Positions 51,825-60,432 of a DNA stretch of 60,432 nt are shown one piece after another. This DNA is from Minisyncoccota bacterium. GTDB lineage: Bacteria; Patescibacteriota; Minisyncoccia; UBA6257; UBA9933. The stretch lies in assembly GCA_041650415.1 (NCBI GenBank), contig JBAZLC010000004.1, positions 1 through 60,432 on the forward strand. Direction: 5' to 3'. The position numbers and the translations under genes are program-made. The notes under the pieces are model-generated. The model was not told the origin of the DNA. It ran no database searches and saw only the letters and a list, made by a program, of their open reading frames with translations. Each line of letters starts with the position of its first letter. Positions within the stretch are counted from its first letter, which is position 1.

Positions 51825-52627
51825 GATTTTTCGATTCCGGCCTTGGCGGGCTGACGATTTTAAAGGAGGTTGTTAGACTGATGCCCGATTATTCTTGTGT
51901 TTATCTTGGCGATAACGCCCGGACTCCTTATGGTTCGCATAGCCAGGATGTCATTTATAAATTTACCGCTCAGGGCGTGGAGCGGCTTTTTGAGGAAGAC
52001 GCGGATTTGGTTGTTTTAGCGTGTAATACCTCATCTTCCGGCGCGCTGCGTCGGCTTCAACGGGAATTTTTGCCCGAACATTTCCACGATAAAAAAGTTT
52101 TAGGCATAATTATTCCGACAGCGGAAATAGCCGCTGTAATGACAAAATCCAAAGAAATCGGAATTTTAGCTACGGAAGCGACCGTTGATTCGATTGTTTA
52201 TGAAAAAGAAATAAAAAAATTGGATGCCGGAATAAAAGTTTATCAGCAAGCCTGTCCGCTTTTGGTGCCGATAATAGAAGCTGGTGATTCCGAATGGCGT
52301 GAATTGGATTTAATCGTAGAAAAATACGTTAACCAACTTTTTAAGAAAGGCGAAAATATGGATACTTTGATTCTCGGCTGCACTCATTACGAATTAATAA
52401 GGGATATTATTAAAAAATACGTTCCGGATTCGGTTAATATTTTAAACCAGGGAACGATTGTCGCGAAAAAACTGGAGAATTATTTAGAGCGGCATCCGGA
52501 AATCTCCGGTAGATTGGAAAAAAGCGGCGAAAGAACTTTTTTGAGCACGGAAGATTCTCCGAAAATAAAAAATTTATTCCGTAAATTTTACGGGAAGGAA
52601 ACGAATTTAAGAAAAGTAATTTTATAA
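51818..52627 (+). CDS. murI: Glutamate racemase
   Basis: GFFDSGLGGLT, LACNTSS, LGCTHY. Confidence 0.9.
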   Translation: MLGFFDSGLGGLTILKEVVRLMPDYSCVYLGDNARTPYGSHSQDVIYKFTAQGVERLFEEDADLVVLACNTSSSGALRRLQREFLPEHFHDKKVLGIIIPTAEIAAVMTKSKEIGILATEATVDSIVYEKEIKKLDAGIKVYQQACPLLVPIIEAGDSEWRELDLIVEKYVNQLFKKGENMDTLILGCTHYELIRDIIKKYVPDSVNILNQGTIVAKKLENYLERHPEISGRLEKSGERTFLSTEDSPKIKNLFRKFYGKETNLRKVIL

Positions 52628-52672
52628 ACAAGAGTTGTTTTCTTTTTTCAGATGTATTAAAGTTGAATAAAT

Positions 52673-52746
52673 CGGGGTGTAGTATACCGGCAGTACGTGC
52701 GCTTCGGGTGCGTAAAGACCGGGTTCAATTCCCGGCACCCCGACCA
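52673..52746 (+). tRNA. tRNA-Pro, anticodon CGG; the only tRNA here with an encoded CCA
   Basis: CGGGGTG TA GTAT ACCGGCA GTAC G TGCGC TTCGGGT GCGTA AAGA CCGGG TTCAATT CCCGG CACCCCG A CCA. Confidence 0.85.
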
Positions 52747-52751
52747 AATTA

Positions 52752-52822
52752 GGGCCTATGGTATAGTGGTAGCACGCTACATTCGCATTGTAGAGACGGC
52801 GGTTCGATTCCGCCTAGGTCCA
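52752..52822 (+). tRNA. tRNA-Ala, anticodon CGC
   Basis: GGGCCTA ... CTACA TTCGCAT TGTAG AGAC GGCGG TTCGATT CCGCC TAGGTCC A. The G3:U70 Ala identity pair is present. Confidence 0.85.
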
Positions 52823-52911
52823 CAAAGTTAAATAAATAAAAAGGCCGCTCCTTGCATTTGTGTATGCTTTGTAGGTGGCGGCCAATTTTCTTGTTGATGT
52901 GGTATCAACCA

Positions 52912-53115
52912 TTATACGTCCCATTCCACGGCGTCTCTCGGAATCTCATAGAAAGGGTTTTTTCCCGGCTTGTCGGACACTGCGATCCCGGAACCTATAC
53001 ATCCATAGGTGCAGCCGTTAAACCTGTATACGATTTTCCCCTTTTTCAGATTCGCGCCGAGCCAAGGGCATTCCTGTGTTGTTACTTCTCTGATAAGGCG
53101 TCCTTTCTTGTCCAT
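52912..53115 (-). CDS. Island D gene D1: 67-aa hypothetical protein with three Cys
   Basis: AAGGAGG lies 5 nt before the ATG. MDKKGRLIREVTTQECPWLG...FNGCTYGCIG. An imperfect hairpin (ggccgc / gcggcc, 52843-52883) and an A-run lie downstream on the minus strand. Confidence 0.55.
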   Translation of the reverse strand: MDKKGRLIREVTTQECPWLGANLKKGKIVYRFNGCTYGCIGSGIAVSDKPGKNPFYEIPRDAVEWDV

Positions 53116-53213
53116 ATTGTCCTCCTTCTTTTAGGTAATGTACAAATTTACGCCATAATTAGCGTTAGGAATAATAAAGCACAAAATAAACTTTTAGTCA
53201 ATAAAACATACAA

Positions 53214-53243
53214 ATAAAAAACCCCGCAATTGCGGGGTTTTTG
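53214..53243. terminator. Bidirectional terminator downstream of the RRM gene
   Basis: aaaaaaccccgcaattgcggggttttt. Confidence 0.8.
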
Positions 53244-53252
53244 TTGTATTGC

Positions 53253-53594
53253 TTACCAGCTTCTTTCCCTTCGGCCTCCACCGCCAAAACCTCTGTCGCG
53301 TCCGCCATCACGGCCTCCGCGGTCAAAGCTTCTTGCCGGGCGAGGTTCCATCGGGCGGGCTTCGTTGACTGTAACGGTTCGTCCATCAAGCTCTTTACCA
53401 TTCCACATTTCAATCGCTTTTTGGGCTTCATCATCATTGGCCATTTCCACGAAACCGAATCCTTTGGATCGGCCCGTCATTTTGTCCATGATAATTATCG
53501 CTGAATCAACTGTGCCAGCTTTGCTGAAAGCATCGCGGAGGGAGTCTTCACGTGAATCGAAAGACAAGCCTCCTACAAATAATTTCTTTGCCAT
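53253..53594 (-). CDS. RRM-type RNA-binding protein with an RGG tail
   Basis: RNP2 LFVGGL, RNP1 KGFGFVEM, C-terminal RGGRDGGRDRGFGGGGRR. Confidence 0.9.
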   Translation of the reverse strand: MAKKLFVGGLSFDSREDSLRDAFSKAGTVDSAIIIMDKMTGRSKGFGFVEMANDDEAQKAIEMWNGKELDGRTVTVNEARPMEPRPARSFDRGGRDGGRDRGFGGGGRRERSW

Positions 53595-53755
53595 CTAAGT
53601 TAATTTTTCTATAAACTAATAAATGTAAGACGACCAACTTCTTAATTTCTTCGGCTTGCATTTACAAGTTCACCTAGCGAAATAAGAACACTTACGATAG
53701 CCACCTTAGCACATAGTACTGACATTTGTCAATAGGGCGGGGAACTCTTATAATC

Positions 53756-53784
53756 TTGACAAAACAGGCAAAAATTAGTATACT
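53756..53784 (+). promoter_or_regulatory. Sigma70-like promoter of D3
   Basis: TTGACA (53756-53761), 17-nt spacer, TATACT (53779-53784). Confidence 0.55.
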
Positions 53785-53874
53785 TTAAGTACAAAAATTG
53801 GCACGGTGTCAATTTTGCGCACTTTTATAAAGATTTAAATATAGATTTATAAAAATTAAGATAAGGAGGGTGTG

Positions 53875-54450
53875 ATGAAAGAAGCTCTGTCTGTGTTGGC
53901 GGGTTTGTTATCGATTGTTGCCTTAGTTCCTTATATTCGTGGAATATTGCGGAAGGAAACAAGACCAGCAAAAGCATCGTGGGTCGTATGGGCCATTGTT
54001 GACGTCGTCATTTTGGCGAGTATGTACGCCAAGGGTGTAGTTAACGGCCAAATCATCGGTACGGTCGTCGGTTGTTTAATAGTTACCGTTCTCGCATTGA
54101 AGTATGGGGCGCCAGGCTGGACGAAACTCGACAAATTTTGTCTTATTGGAGCGGTTCTCGGTATTTTTATCTGGCAGATGTCGGGGGAAGCTATCCACGG
54201 CATCGTGATCGCGCTTACGGTTTCAGCTATCGGTTCTGTGCCGACGTTTGTATCTGCATGGGAAGATCACCGCCGCGAAAATAAACCGGCGTGGGCAATG
54301 GTCTGGTTTGGCAGCTTGTGTATGTTTGGGGCAATTCCCGAATGGACATTTGCGTCTGCTGTTCAACCGGTCACGTTCTTCGTACTCCAGTCGGTTTTAA
54401 TCTACATTCTTTTCGTTCGTCCTCGACTCCTTCGTTTGTCGGCTACGTAA
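53875..54450 (+). CDS. Island D gene D3: polytopic membrane protein, about 6 TM, hypothetical
   Basis: AAGGAGG lies 5 nt before the ATG at 53875, and a terminator follows. No family recognised. Confidence 0.6.
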   Translation: MKEALSVLAGLLSIVALVPYIRGILRKETRPAKASWVVWAIVDVVILASMYAKGVVNGQIIGTVVGCLIVTVLALKYGAPGWTKLDKFCLIGAVLGIFIWQMSGEAIHGIVIALTVSAIGSVPTFVSAWEDHRRENKPAWAMVWFGSLCMFGAIPEWTFASAVQPVTFFVLQSVLIYILFVRPRLLRLSAT

Positions 54451-54459
54451 TCCGACGGA

Positions 54460-54503
54460 GACCCCTACGGCGATAGCAGTATCGCCGCGCGGGGTCTTTT
54501 TTT
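54460..54503 (+). terminator. Rho-independent terminator of D3
   Basis: gacccc pairs with ggggtc (inner pairing ggcgata / tatcgcc), followed by TTTTTTT. Confidence 0.75.
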
Positions 54504-54635
54504 ATTAATTCCGTCCGGGCTTGATTATTTAGTCATAAAATGGTATTTGTTTTATTAGTTGTTTTAAAGCTTCAAATAATGGGCTTAAGGTTTTTTACGG
54601 TATACAACCTTGTTTTTTGAAAGGAGGAAGCGGTG

Positions 54636-55070
54636 ATGCATAAATCATTTCACTGGAAGATTGATGGCGCGTGGTGCGGTTTCCTTCATTTTGTCTATAC
54701 CGCATTGGTATGGCTGACTTTCATCTCGGGACGATGCCGGAATTTCTTTCGGTCGGCGTGCATCTATGTGTTCGTTAAAGATGTGTCGCTGTCCGTGGCA
54801 AAGCGGTGGCAGGAATTCAAGGCGGATTTTTCGAAAGGGAATATCTGCAACGGCGACGTTATTGTTGCCATACTCGTCTCGGGTATTTTGCTGCTTGTGG
54901 TAGCATTAGCGGCTGTGGCGTTTGCCATCTACAGGGTGTTAGTCTTTTCTGATTGGTCCATGGCGGTAGCGGTAGCGATTATCGGCCTATGCTATTTTTT
55001 TTGGGACCTACACATTGAACGCCGTGAACGGGCAGAGAAAAGACTTGCGGAAAAACTGGAGATTTCATGA
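54636..55070 (+). CDS. Island D gene D4: membrane protein, hypothetical
   Basis: AGGAGG lies 8 nt before the ATG at 54636. It has TM segments and the basic tail HIERRERAEKRLAEKLE. Confidence 0.55.
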   Translation: MHKSFHWKIDGAWCGFLHFVYTALVWLTFISGRCRNFFRSACIYVFVKDVSLSVAKRWQEFKADFSKGNICNGDVIVAILVSGILLLVVALAAVAFAIYRVLVFSDWSMAVAVAIIGLCYFFWDLHIERRERAEKRLAEKLEIS

Positions 55071-55087
55071 ATTTATTTTCAAACGAA

Positions 55088-55120
55088 AAGCGGACATGCC
55101 GTATAGGTGTCCGCTTTTAA
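55088..55120 (+). terminator. Rho-independent terminator of D4
   Basis: aagcggaca pairs with tgtccgctt, followed by TT. Confidence 0.65.
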
Positions 55121-55157
55121 AATTTACGAATTATTATAAAAATGCTAAAATTTTGTC

Positions 55158-55481
55158 ATGATTACTTACGATGATTTTAAAAAAGTAGAATTAAAAACCG
55201 CTAAAATCGAAAGCGCGGAACGAGTTGAGGGTTCGGATAAATTGATTAAATTGAGCGTTAAATTGGGAGATGAAACGAGACAAATTGTGGCGGGCATAGG
55301 AAAAAAGTACGAGCCGGAAAATTTAATCGGTAAAACAATTATTATTGTCGTCAATTTAGAGCCGCGCACATTGCTTGGTTTGGAAAGTCAGGGAATGCTT
55401 TTAGCGGCATCAAACGAAACCGAAGGGCCGGTTTTATTAACTGTGATGGAGGATATTTCTTCGGGAAGTGAAATTAAATAG
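55158..55481 (+). CDS. Stand-alone tRNA-binding OB-fold protein (CsaA / Trbp111-like)
   Basis: FKKVELKTAKIESAERVEGSDKLIKLSVKLGDETRQIVAGI...IIIVVNLEPRTLLGLESQGMLLAA. Confidence 0.8.
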   Translation: MITYDDFKKVELKTAKIESAERVEGSDKLIKLSVKLGDETRQIVAGIGKKYEPENLIGKTIIIVVNLEPRTLLGLESQGMLLAASNETEGPVLLTVMEDISSGSEIK

Positions 55482-56031
55482 AAATTTGTTCGATTTGCGG
55501 TTCCGCCGGTTTCGGTAGAATTTTTTTAACGATAAACGCGCTTAATAATCCAATTACGGCTCCAGCTAAGACATCGCTTGGCCAGTGAACGCCTACGAAA
55601 ATTCTGGCGATTCCCATAGCTATAATTATTCCTAAAGACCACCAAATAGGCTTCATGCTCCAGTTATTTTGTTTAGTAAAGTAATACAACGCTAAAAACA
55701 GAGAAAAGAATGCCGTAGCGTGACCTGAAGGAAAAGAGCCGCCCGAGTCATGGTTGATTAATGCGTTAATTTGCAGAACTTCAAACGGTCTCGGATTATT
55801 ATAAAAAAATCTTATAGTTTCCGTTATTATTCCTCGCGCTAAAATTACCGAAAGCGAGGCGAAAGAAAAGAAGTAAATCCGTTTTGCGCGGCTTTTTTCT
55901 TTAAGTAAAAAATAAATAGCCAGCAAGACTAGAAAATACGGAGCATAATCGGCGAGAAAAATTCCCAGCCAATCAAGCAGCCACCACTTAGATGCGAAGT
56001 CGTTAATAAATTGAAAAATTAAAGTGTTCAT
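55474..56031 (-). CDS. PAP2-family phosphatase (undecaprenyl-diphosphatase-like)
   Basis: NPRPF, PSGHA, VGVHWPSDV. Confidence 0.8.
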   Translation of the reverse strand: MNTLIFQFINDFASKWWLLDWLGIFLADYAPYFLVLLAIYFLLKEKSRAKRIYFFSFASLSVILARGIITETIRFFYNNPRPFEVLQINALINHDSGGSFPSGHATAFFSLFLALYYFTKQNNWSMKPIWWSLGIIIAMGIARIFVGVHWPSDVLAGAVIGLLSAFIVKKILPKPAEPQIEQISI

Positions 56032-56036
56032 CGAAT

Positions 56037-56708
56037 TTATTCAGTAATCGTTTCCGGCTGGTAAATTATCATTTTTGGAACGGTTATTTCTTTACCTAAA
56101 AATCTTTTTACCGTGAATTTAACTTCATTTGGCCCGGGTTGAAGAGAAAATTCTTTTTCAAATCTGCCGTCGGTTTTCGCCAAGACCTCTTCGCCGTTTA
56201 TAGTTAATTTATCTTGCGGATTTATTATTCCAGTAAGTTTAATTATTGGACTATTGATGACAATACTATCTTCCACGGGATTTATTATTTCTATTTTAGG
56301 ATTGCCTAAAAATCCGCTGAATTGAAAAGCCAAGAATATTAAAATTGCCAAAATTCCGGCAGCCGAAGCTCCGATGATGGTAATCTTTCTTTTGTTTTTT
56401 AAAGCAAAACGGTTCGGTGGAAGCTTGTCTTCAGGACCGGAACTTTTAGCGGGCCAAATAGAGATTTCCTGTTTATATGCTTCCAAAAGAGAATCAACGT
56501 CTATTTTTAAAACATCGGCGATTTTCGCCAAGTAGCCGCGCACATAAGGGCTGGCGGGAAGTTTTTTGGGGTCTCCGGAAGAAAGAGCCGATAAATAATA
56601 GACGGGAATATCGGTCATTTCTGAAAGCTTTTTCACGTCCAAATTGCGGAGCTCCAAGGCTTCGTTAAAAATTTCTCTTAAACTTTTAAATTCATTATTA
56701 ATTGTCAT
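56037..56708 (-). CDS. RodZ-like HTH membrane protein
   Basis: N-terminal HTH (VKKLSEMTDIPVYYLSALSSGD), a central TM, and a C-terminal beta domain. Confidence 0.6.
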   Translation of the reverse strand: MTINNEFKSLREIFNEALELRNLDVKKLSEMTDIPVYYLSALSSGDPKKLPASPYVRGYLAKIADVLKIDVDSLLEAYKQEISIWPAKSSGPEDKLPPNRFALKNKRKITIIGASAAGILAILIFLAFQFSGFLGNPKIEIINPVEDSIVINSPIIKLTGIINPQDKLTINGEEVLAKTDGRFEKEFSLQPGPNEVKFTVKRFLGKEITVPKMIIYQPETITE

Positions 56709-56713
56709 ATTTT

Positions 56714-58846
56714 TTATTGGTCCATGTATACTTCTCTCGGTTTGGCGCCATCTCCCGGGCCAATTATACCTTTTGTTTCCATAATATCAAGAAGTCTTGC
56801 AGCTCGCGCGTAGCCCACTTTCAAACGGCGCTGAAGTAATGATGCGGAAGCTTTTTTTGCCTGCCTAACAGTTTCAACGGCGTCTTCAAATAAATCATCA
56901 TCTTCGTCGTCCGAAGAAAATTTATCAAGCGATTCCATTGAAATTGCGCCAACCGGTTCATCGCCATTTTCTCCGTTTCCCGAAAAAGTCGGTCCGTCTT
57001 CTTTAAACCAAAAGTCTTGGTTATTGTCGCGGATAAATTCGGTAACTTTTTTCACTTCTTCTTCGGAAATATACGCACCCTGAATTCTTCTAGGCTTTGA
57101 TGAATCCGAAGAAATATAAAGCATGTCTCCGCCGCCGAGAAGTTTTTCCGCTCCGGAAGCGTCAAGAATCGTCCGGGAGTCTATTTGGCTTGGTAACTGC
57201 AAAGCGACTCTGGCGCTGATGTTGGCTTTAATGAGGCCGGTGATTACTTCAACGGACGGTCTTTGAGTTGAAAGTACCAAATGAATGCCCGTTGCCCTTG
57301 CCATTTGCGCTAAGCGGACAATAGAGCCTTCAACTTCACGGCCATAAGAGAACATTAAGTCCGCCATTTCATCAACGGCGATTAAAATATATGGCAATTG
57401 TTCTTCGGGCTTTTTCTTGTTATAGCTTTGGATATCGCGCGAGCCGGCTTTAACGAAAATTTCATAACGCCTGTCCATCTCGTTGATTGCCCATTTGAAA
57501 ACACTGAGGGCTTTTTTGGGTTCGGTAATAACCGGCGCCACCAAATGCGGCATTCCTTGGTAAAGTGAAAGTTCAACGCGTTTCGGGTCGATTAAAATCA
57601 ATCTTAAAGTTTCCGGCGAATTTCTATAAAGAAGGGAAATTAAAAGCGAATGAATCATAATCGATTTTCCGCTGCCCGTAGTACCGGCGACTAACAGGTG
57701 GGGAAGTTTTGCGATGTCCGAAAAAATCGGCTCGCCGTTAACGTCTCGGCCCAAGACAAACCCCAATGGTCCGAAACCGGAAAAATCGGGGTAAGACATT
57801 AAATTTCCGAGCCGTACAACGGCGCTGGCTTTGTTTGGTACTTCTATTCCTACAAGTGATTTACCCGGGATTGGCGCTTCTATTCTTATCGGGTGGGCGG
57901 CCAAAGCCATAGATAAATCTTGGTTTAAAGCGCTGATGCGGGAAAGTTTTACTCCCTCAGCGGGCTTTAACGTGTAGCGGGTAATCTTTGGCCCGATGTT
58001 TATTTCTCCCATCTCAACCGGAATACCGAAACTTTCCAAAGTTCTTTTTATAATATTTGCGTTTGCCCGCAGGTCGCCGGAAGTCGGTTTTTCAACGGAG
58101 GATCTTAAAAGGTCTAGCGGAGGAGCGATATAACCTTTTGCTTTCAGTTTCGAGTGTTCGGTTTTAAGATTCGTCGATTTCGAAAATATTTTTTGTTCAA
58201 ATTCTTTTGTTTCAAGATTTTTTATTTCATCCTTCTCTTTTTGTTTTTCAGGTTCGGATTTTTGCTGTTCGCCGGCCAAGGCCACGGCTGCCGAAATTTT
58301 TTCGTCATTTTCTTCGGATTCGTCTTCATCAATCTCTTTTTTTCTAAATAAATCAAGGTTGAGATGGAAATTGAAGGTTCCAAGAAGAGAAATAACAATC
58401 ATTACTGCAACAATTATTATTGAAGCGGCAAATCCAAAAGGGACTTCGATATAACCGACAAGTTTTCCGACAAAGCCGCCGTTTTCGGGCGAGAGCAGGT
58501 CAATTATTCCCAAGCCGGACAAAACAAATACTGCGGCTCCGAAAAAAGTCATTGAATTGATTTTGCGGTCTTTTGAAGCGAAAAAAAATCCGCTAATAAT
58601 GAAAAATATCAAAGGTAAAAGATAATAACCCCAGCCAAAAAGATTTTCAAATATTTTGTATAAAAAATTCCCCAGCGGCCCGGCATTATTAAAACTGGCC
58701 AAAATCATGATAATCGCTACGCCTAAAAAAATAACAGCCAAAATACTTTTTTTAGTTTCGGCATGAAGCCTGGGTTCGTAATTTCTTTCCTCGGACCGGT
58801 TTTTTGAGGAATTTTTAAAATTCTTTTGATTTTTTTTCTTGGACAT
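56714..58846 (-). CDS. ftsK: DNA translocase FtsK/SpoIIIE
   Basis: N-terminal TM helices, Walker A AGTTGSGKS, Walker B ILIAVDE, gamma domain SASLLQRRLKVGYARAARLLDIME. Confidence 0.95.
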   Translation of the reverse strand: MSKKKNQKNFKNSSKNRSEERNYEPRLHAETKKSILAVIFLGVAIIMILASFNNAGPLGNFLYKIFENLFGWGYYLLPLIFFIISGFFFASKDRKINSMTFFGAAVFVLSGLGIIDLLSPENGGFVGKLVGYIEVPFGFAASIIIVAVMIVISLLGTFNFHLNLDLFRKKEIDEDESEENDEKISAAVALAGEQQKSEPEKQKEKDEIKNLETKEFEQKIFSKSTNLKTEHSKLKAKGYIAPPLDLLRSSVEKPTSGDLRANANIIKRTLESFGIPVEMGEINIGPKITRYTLKPAEGVKLSRISALNQDLSMALAAHPIRIEAPIPGKSLVGIEVPNKASAVVRLGNLMSYPDFSGFGPLGFVLGRDVNGEPIFSDIAKLPHLLVAGTTGSGKSIMIHSLLISLLYRNSPETLRLILIDPKRVELSLYQGMPHLVAPVITEPKKALSVFKWAINEMDRRYEIFVKAGSRDIQSYNKKKPEEQLPYILIAVDEMADLMFSYGREVEGSIVRLAQMARATGIHLVLSTQRPSVEVITGLIKANISARVALQLPSQIDSRTILDASGAEKLLGGGDMLYISSDSSKPRRIQGAYISEEEVKKVTEFIRDNNQDFWFKEDGPTFSGNGENGDEPVGAISMESLDKFSSDDEDDDLFEDAVETVRQAKKASASLLQRRLKVGYARAARLLDIMETKGIIGPGDGAKPREVYMDQ

Positions 58847-58878
58847 TACCGTAATCTTACAGCTGTTTTAAAATTTTT

Positions 58879-60300
58879 TCAATCCAAACTTTCAATATTA
58901 ACTCCAAAATTCCAATCGATTTCCGGATAATTATGGAGCAATTTACTGATGTAATTTTTTAAACCATCATATTCTTCTTGTTTTTTCGCTTCGAATTTTA
59001 TCGTTAAATACGGACCATTTTGCGAATAACGTACAACAAGCATCGAGTCCTCCATTTCTGCGCGAATTCCATCATCGGTTATTTCTTTATTTATTATTTT
59101 TGCTTGCGGAAAATCTTGCCGAATTTTTAAACCGATTTTTTCTATTAAACCGACTTTTAAATTATCCGGGCAACCGACTTTTATTTCCGGGCTGGAAATA
59201 TATTGAGGGATTGAAGCGGTTATCTCGGAAAGGGTTTTATTAATTTCCGAGAGATAACTAAGCAAACTCAACATCGAGTAAATTCCGTCGTCATGATTGT
59301 AAAAATCCGCCGAGAAAAAGAAATGTCCGGAAAGCTCACCTATAAAAGCGGCTTTCACTTCTCGATTTTTCGCTTTTAAAACCGAGTGGCCAACCCGCCA
59401 CATAAACGGCTGACCGCCATTTTTTAAAATAGTTTCTTCTACCGCTTTCGAGCAGAGAAAATTATACATAATTGTCTGCCCAGGATGTTTTTTTAGCGCC
59501 GCCATGGCGAAAATCGCGACTAAGATATCATTCCATATTATTCCGCCTTTTTCGTCTACAATTCCAATTCTGTCGCCGTCGGCATCAAACGAGAAGCCGA
59601 TATCGGCTTTTGCTTCTATAACCTCTTCGCTTAAACGTTTGGCGACTTTTGTTTCCGTCGGGTCTATTGTTCCCAGCGGAAAAGACGGGTCAAGTTTGCA
59701 ATTTTTCTCTATAACTTCGCAACCAAACTTTTTAAGCAGCTCGGGCACGATTTCTCCAGCGGTTGAATTTGACGGGTCGACGACAATTTTGAATCTTTTT
59801 TCAAAATTTATTCTTTTTTGCAATTCGGCAAAATAATCTTCGCGGATTTTTCTTTCTTCGTTTTTGCCCGGGATTTCCGCTTTTTCAAAATCATCTTTTT
59901 CCGCCATTTCCCTCAAGAGTTGTATATCTTTTTCAACCATCGTTTCCGAAAACCCGATGGCGAATTTAAAGCCATTGTATTCCGCCGGATTGTGAGAGGC
60001 GGTGATATATACTCCGCCGGGGCAATTTAAAAAATATTGGGACCAATAAAAAGTGCCCACTAATTCCAAGCCGATGTCGGTGGTATTTATTCCGGCGAAA
60101 TTTAAGCCTTTTATCATGGCTTGGCTATAGTCATAGCTTGTGGTTCGAAAATCCCGGCCAATTACGGCTTTGTTGTGCCCACGGCGCTTAAGCAGAGTTC
60201 CGAAAACTTTACCGAGATGCTCGGCTATTTCGGGATTTAAATCTTTGCCGACTTCGCCCCGCAAATCGTAACCGCGGAATATATAAGGATTTATTTTCAT
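58879..60300 (-). CDS. Phosphoglucomutase / phosphomannomutase family protein
   Basis: IFRGYDLRG, active-site loop TASHNPAEYNGFK, Mg site FDADGDR. I prefer the start at 60300 because TATAAT (minus strand, 60313-60308) lies 7 nt upstream; the longer ORF to 60360 runs into the repeat element. Confidence 0.85.
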   Translation of the reverse strand: MKINPYIFRGYDLRGEVGKDLNPEIAEHLGKVFGTLLKRRGHNKAVIGRDFRTTSYDYSQAMIKGLNFAGINTTDIGLELVGTFYWSQYFLNCPGGVYITASHNPAEYNGFKFAIGFSETMVEKDIQLLREMAEKDDFEKAEIPGKNEERKIREDYFAELQKRINFEKRFKIVVDPSNSTAGEIVPELLKKFGCEVIEKNCKLDPSFPLGTIDPTETKVAKRLSEEVIEAKADIGFSFDADGDRIGIVDEKGGIIWNDILVAIFAMAALKKHPGQTIMYNFLCSKAVEETILKNGGQPFMWRVGHSVLKAKNREVKAAFIGELSGHFFFSADFYNHDDGIYSMLSLLSYLSEINKTLSEITASIPQYISSPEIKVGCPDNLKVGLIEKIGLKIRQDFPQAKIINKEITDDGIRAEMEDSMLVVRYSQNGPYLTIKFEAKKQEEYDGLKNYISKLLHNYPEIDWNFGVNIESLD

Positions 60301-60331
60301 TTTTTGTATTATAGCAGAAATTTTAAACCAG

Positions 60332-60432
60332 AGAAATCTCTCCTCGTTCATACGCTCCAAGCGTCAAATTAATAACTCGCTCATATACGCCGATTTGCGA
60401 CCCTGTTCGCCTTCGCTCGGGGTACCCCTCAA
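60332..60432. repeat. Second copy, truncated by the window edge, of the GC-rich palindromic element, inverted relative to 6457-6557
   Basis: Base-by-base comparison gives 100 of 101 matches to the reverse complement of 6457-6557. Confidence 0.85.

Noticed and set aside
52852-53598. Plus-strand ORFs 52852-53217, 53230-53598 and 53241-53504
   Set aside because: They are antisense to D1 and to the well-supported RRM gene, and they give Pro/Ser/Arg-rich translations without start signals.
60301-60360. 20-codon N-terminal extension of the PGM/PMM ORF (MERMNEERFLWFKISAIIQK)
   Set aside because: It runs into the repeat element. The internal MKINPYIFRGYDLRG start has the backbone-type TATAAT 7 nt upstream and matches the usual family N-terminus.
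1-60432. Alternative genetic code (UGA recoding, as in some CPR lineages)
   Set aside because: Long housekeeping ORFs are intact under the standard code. TGA terminates the transglycosylase ORF at 3821-3823, directly upstream of its hairpin terminator, so code 11 fits.

Overview
This is a 60.4-kb AT-rich bacterial chromosome segment. Its gene content and style suggest a Candidate Phyla Radiation / Patescibacteria (Parcubacteria-like) genome: compact housekeeping genes, LamG and lamin-tail-domain surface proteins, a free-standing LAGLIDADG ORF, and gene starts that mostly lack a Shine-Dalgarno (SD) sequence. That taxonomic call is inference only. The backbone genes are tsaE, yraN, ftsH, rpsA, rpsO, an NYN gene, pnp, rpsT, ruvA, a Mur ligase, cdaA, a cysteine desulfurase, a beta-CASP RNase, efp, mnmA, rnhB, mreC/mreD-like, pheT, ileS, a glycerate kinase-ppsA-eno-gpmI cluster, rny, hup, an ECF sigma factor with partner, cca, murI, a CsaA-like tRNA-binding protein, a PAP2 phosphatase, a RodZ-like protein, ftsK and PGM/PMM. 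There are 8 tRNAs: Ile-UAU, Arg-CCG, Val-UAC, Gly-GCC, Lys-CUU, Arg-UCG, Pro-CGG and Ala-CGC. I recognised no rRNA, CRISPR array, transposase, integrase or reverse transcriptase. Things worth a second look: (1) Four GC-rich islands (about 2.40-4.17, 15.14-15.80, 28.60-31.17 and 52.84-55.12 kb) encode small, mostly cysteine-motif or membrane proteins I cannot assign to any family. Almost every one has a strong AGGAGG SD, and most have their own hairpin terminator and a sigma70-like promoter, whereas backbone genes start 5-8 nt after a TATAAT box with no SD. The 28.6-31.2 kb island (five small ORFs around a divergent, inverted-repeat control region) is my best candidate for an undescribed module. 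(2) A PaaX/Cas2-fold gene is bracketed by two copies of one palindromic element, one of them a perfect 54-bp palindrome. (3) A complete histidine-phosphatase (PGAM-like) domain is inserted in-frame inside IleRS. (4) A GC-rich, roughly 175-bp palindromic repeat at 6.39-6.56 kb recurs in inverted orientation at the right window edge. (5) A-rich heptanucleotide satellites lie in spacers and in-frame inside tsaE, ileS, glycerate kinase, ppsA and mreC. (6) A 1621-aa secreted protein combines a phospholipase C / P1 nuclease-like domain with LTD and PKD domains. All functional calls come from reading motifs by eye; no database search was run.
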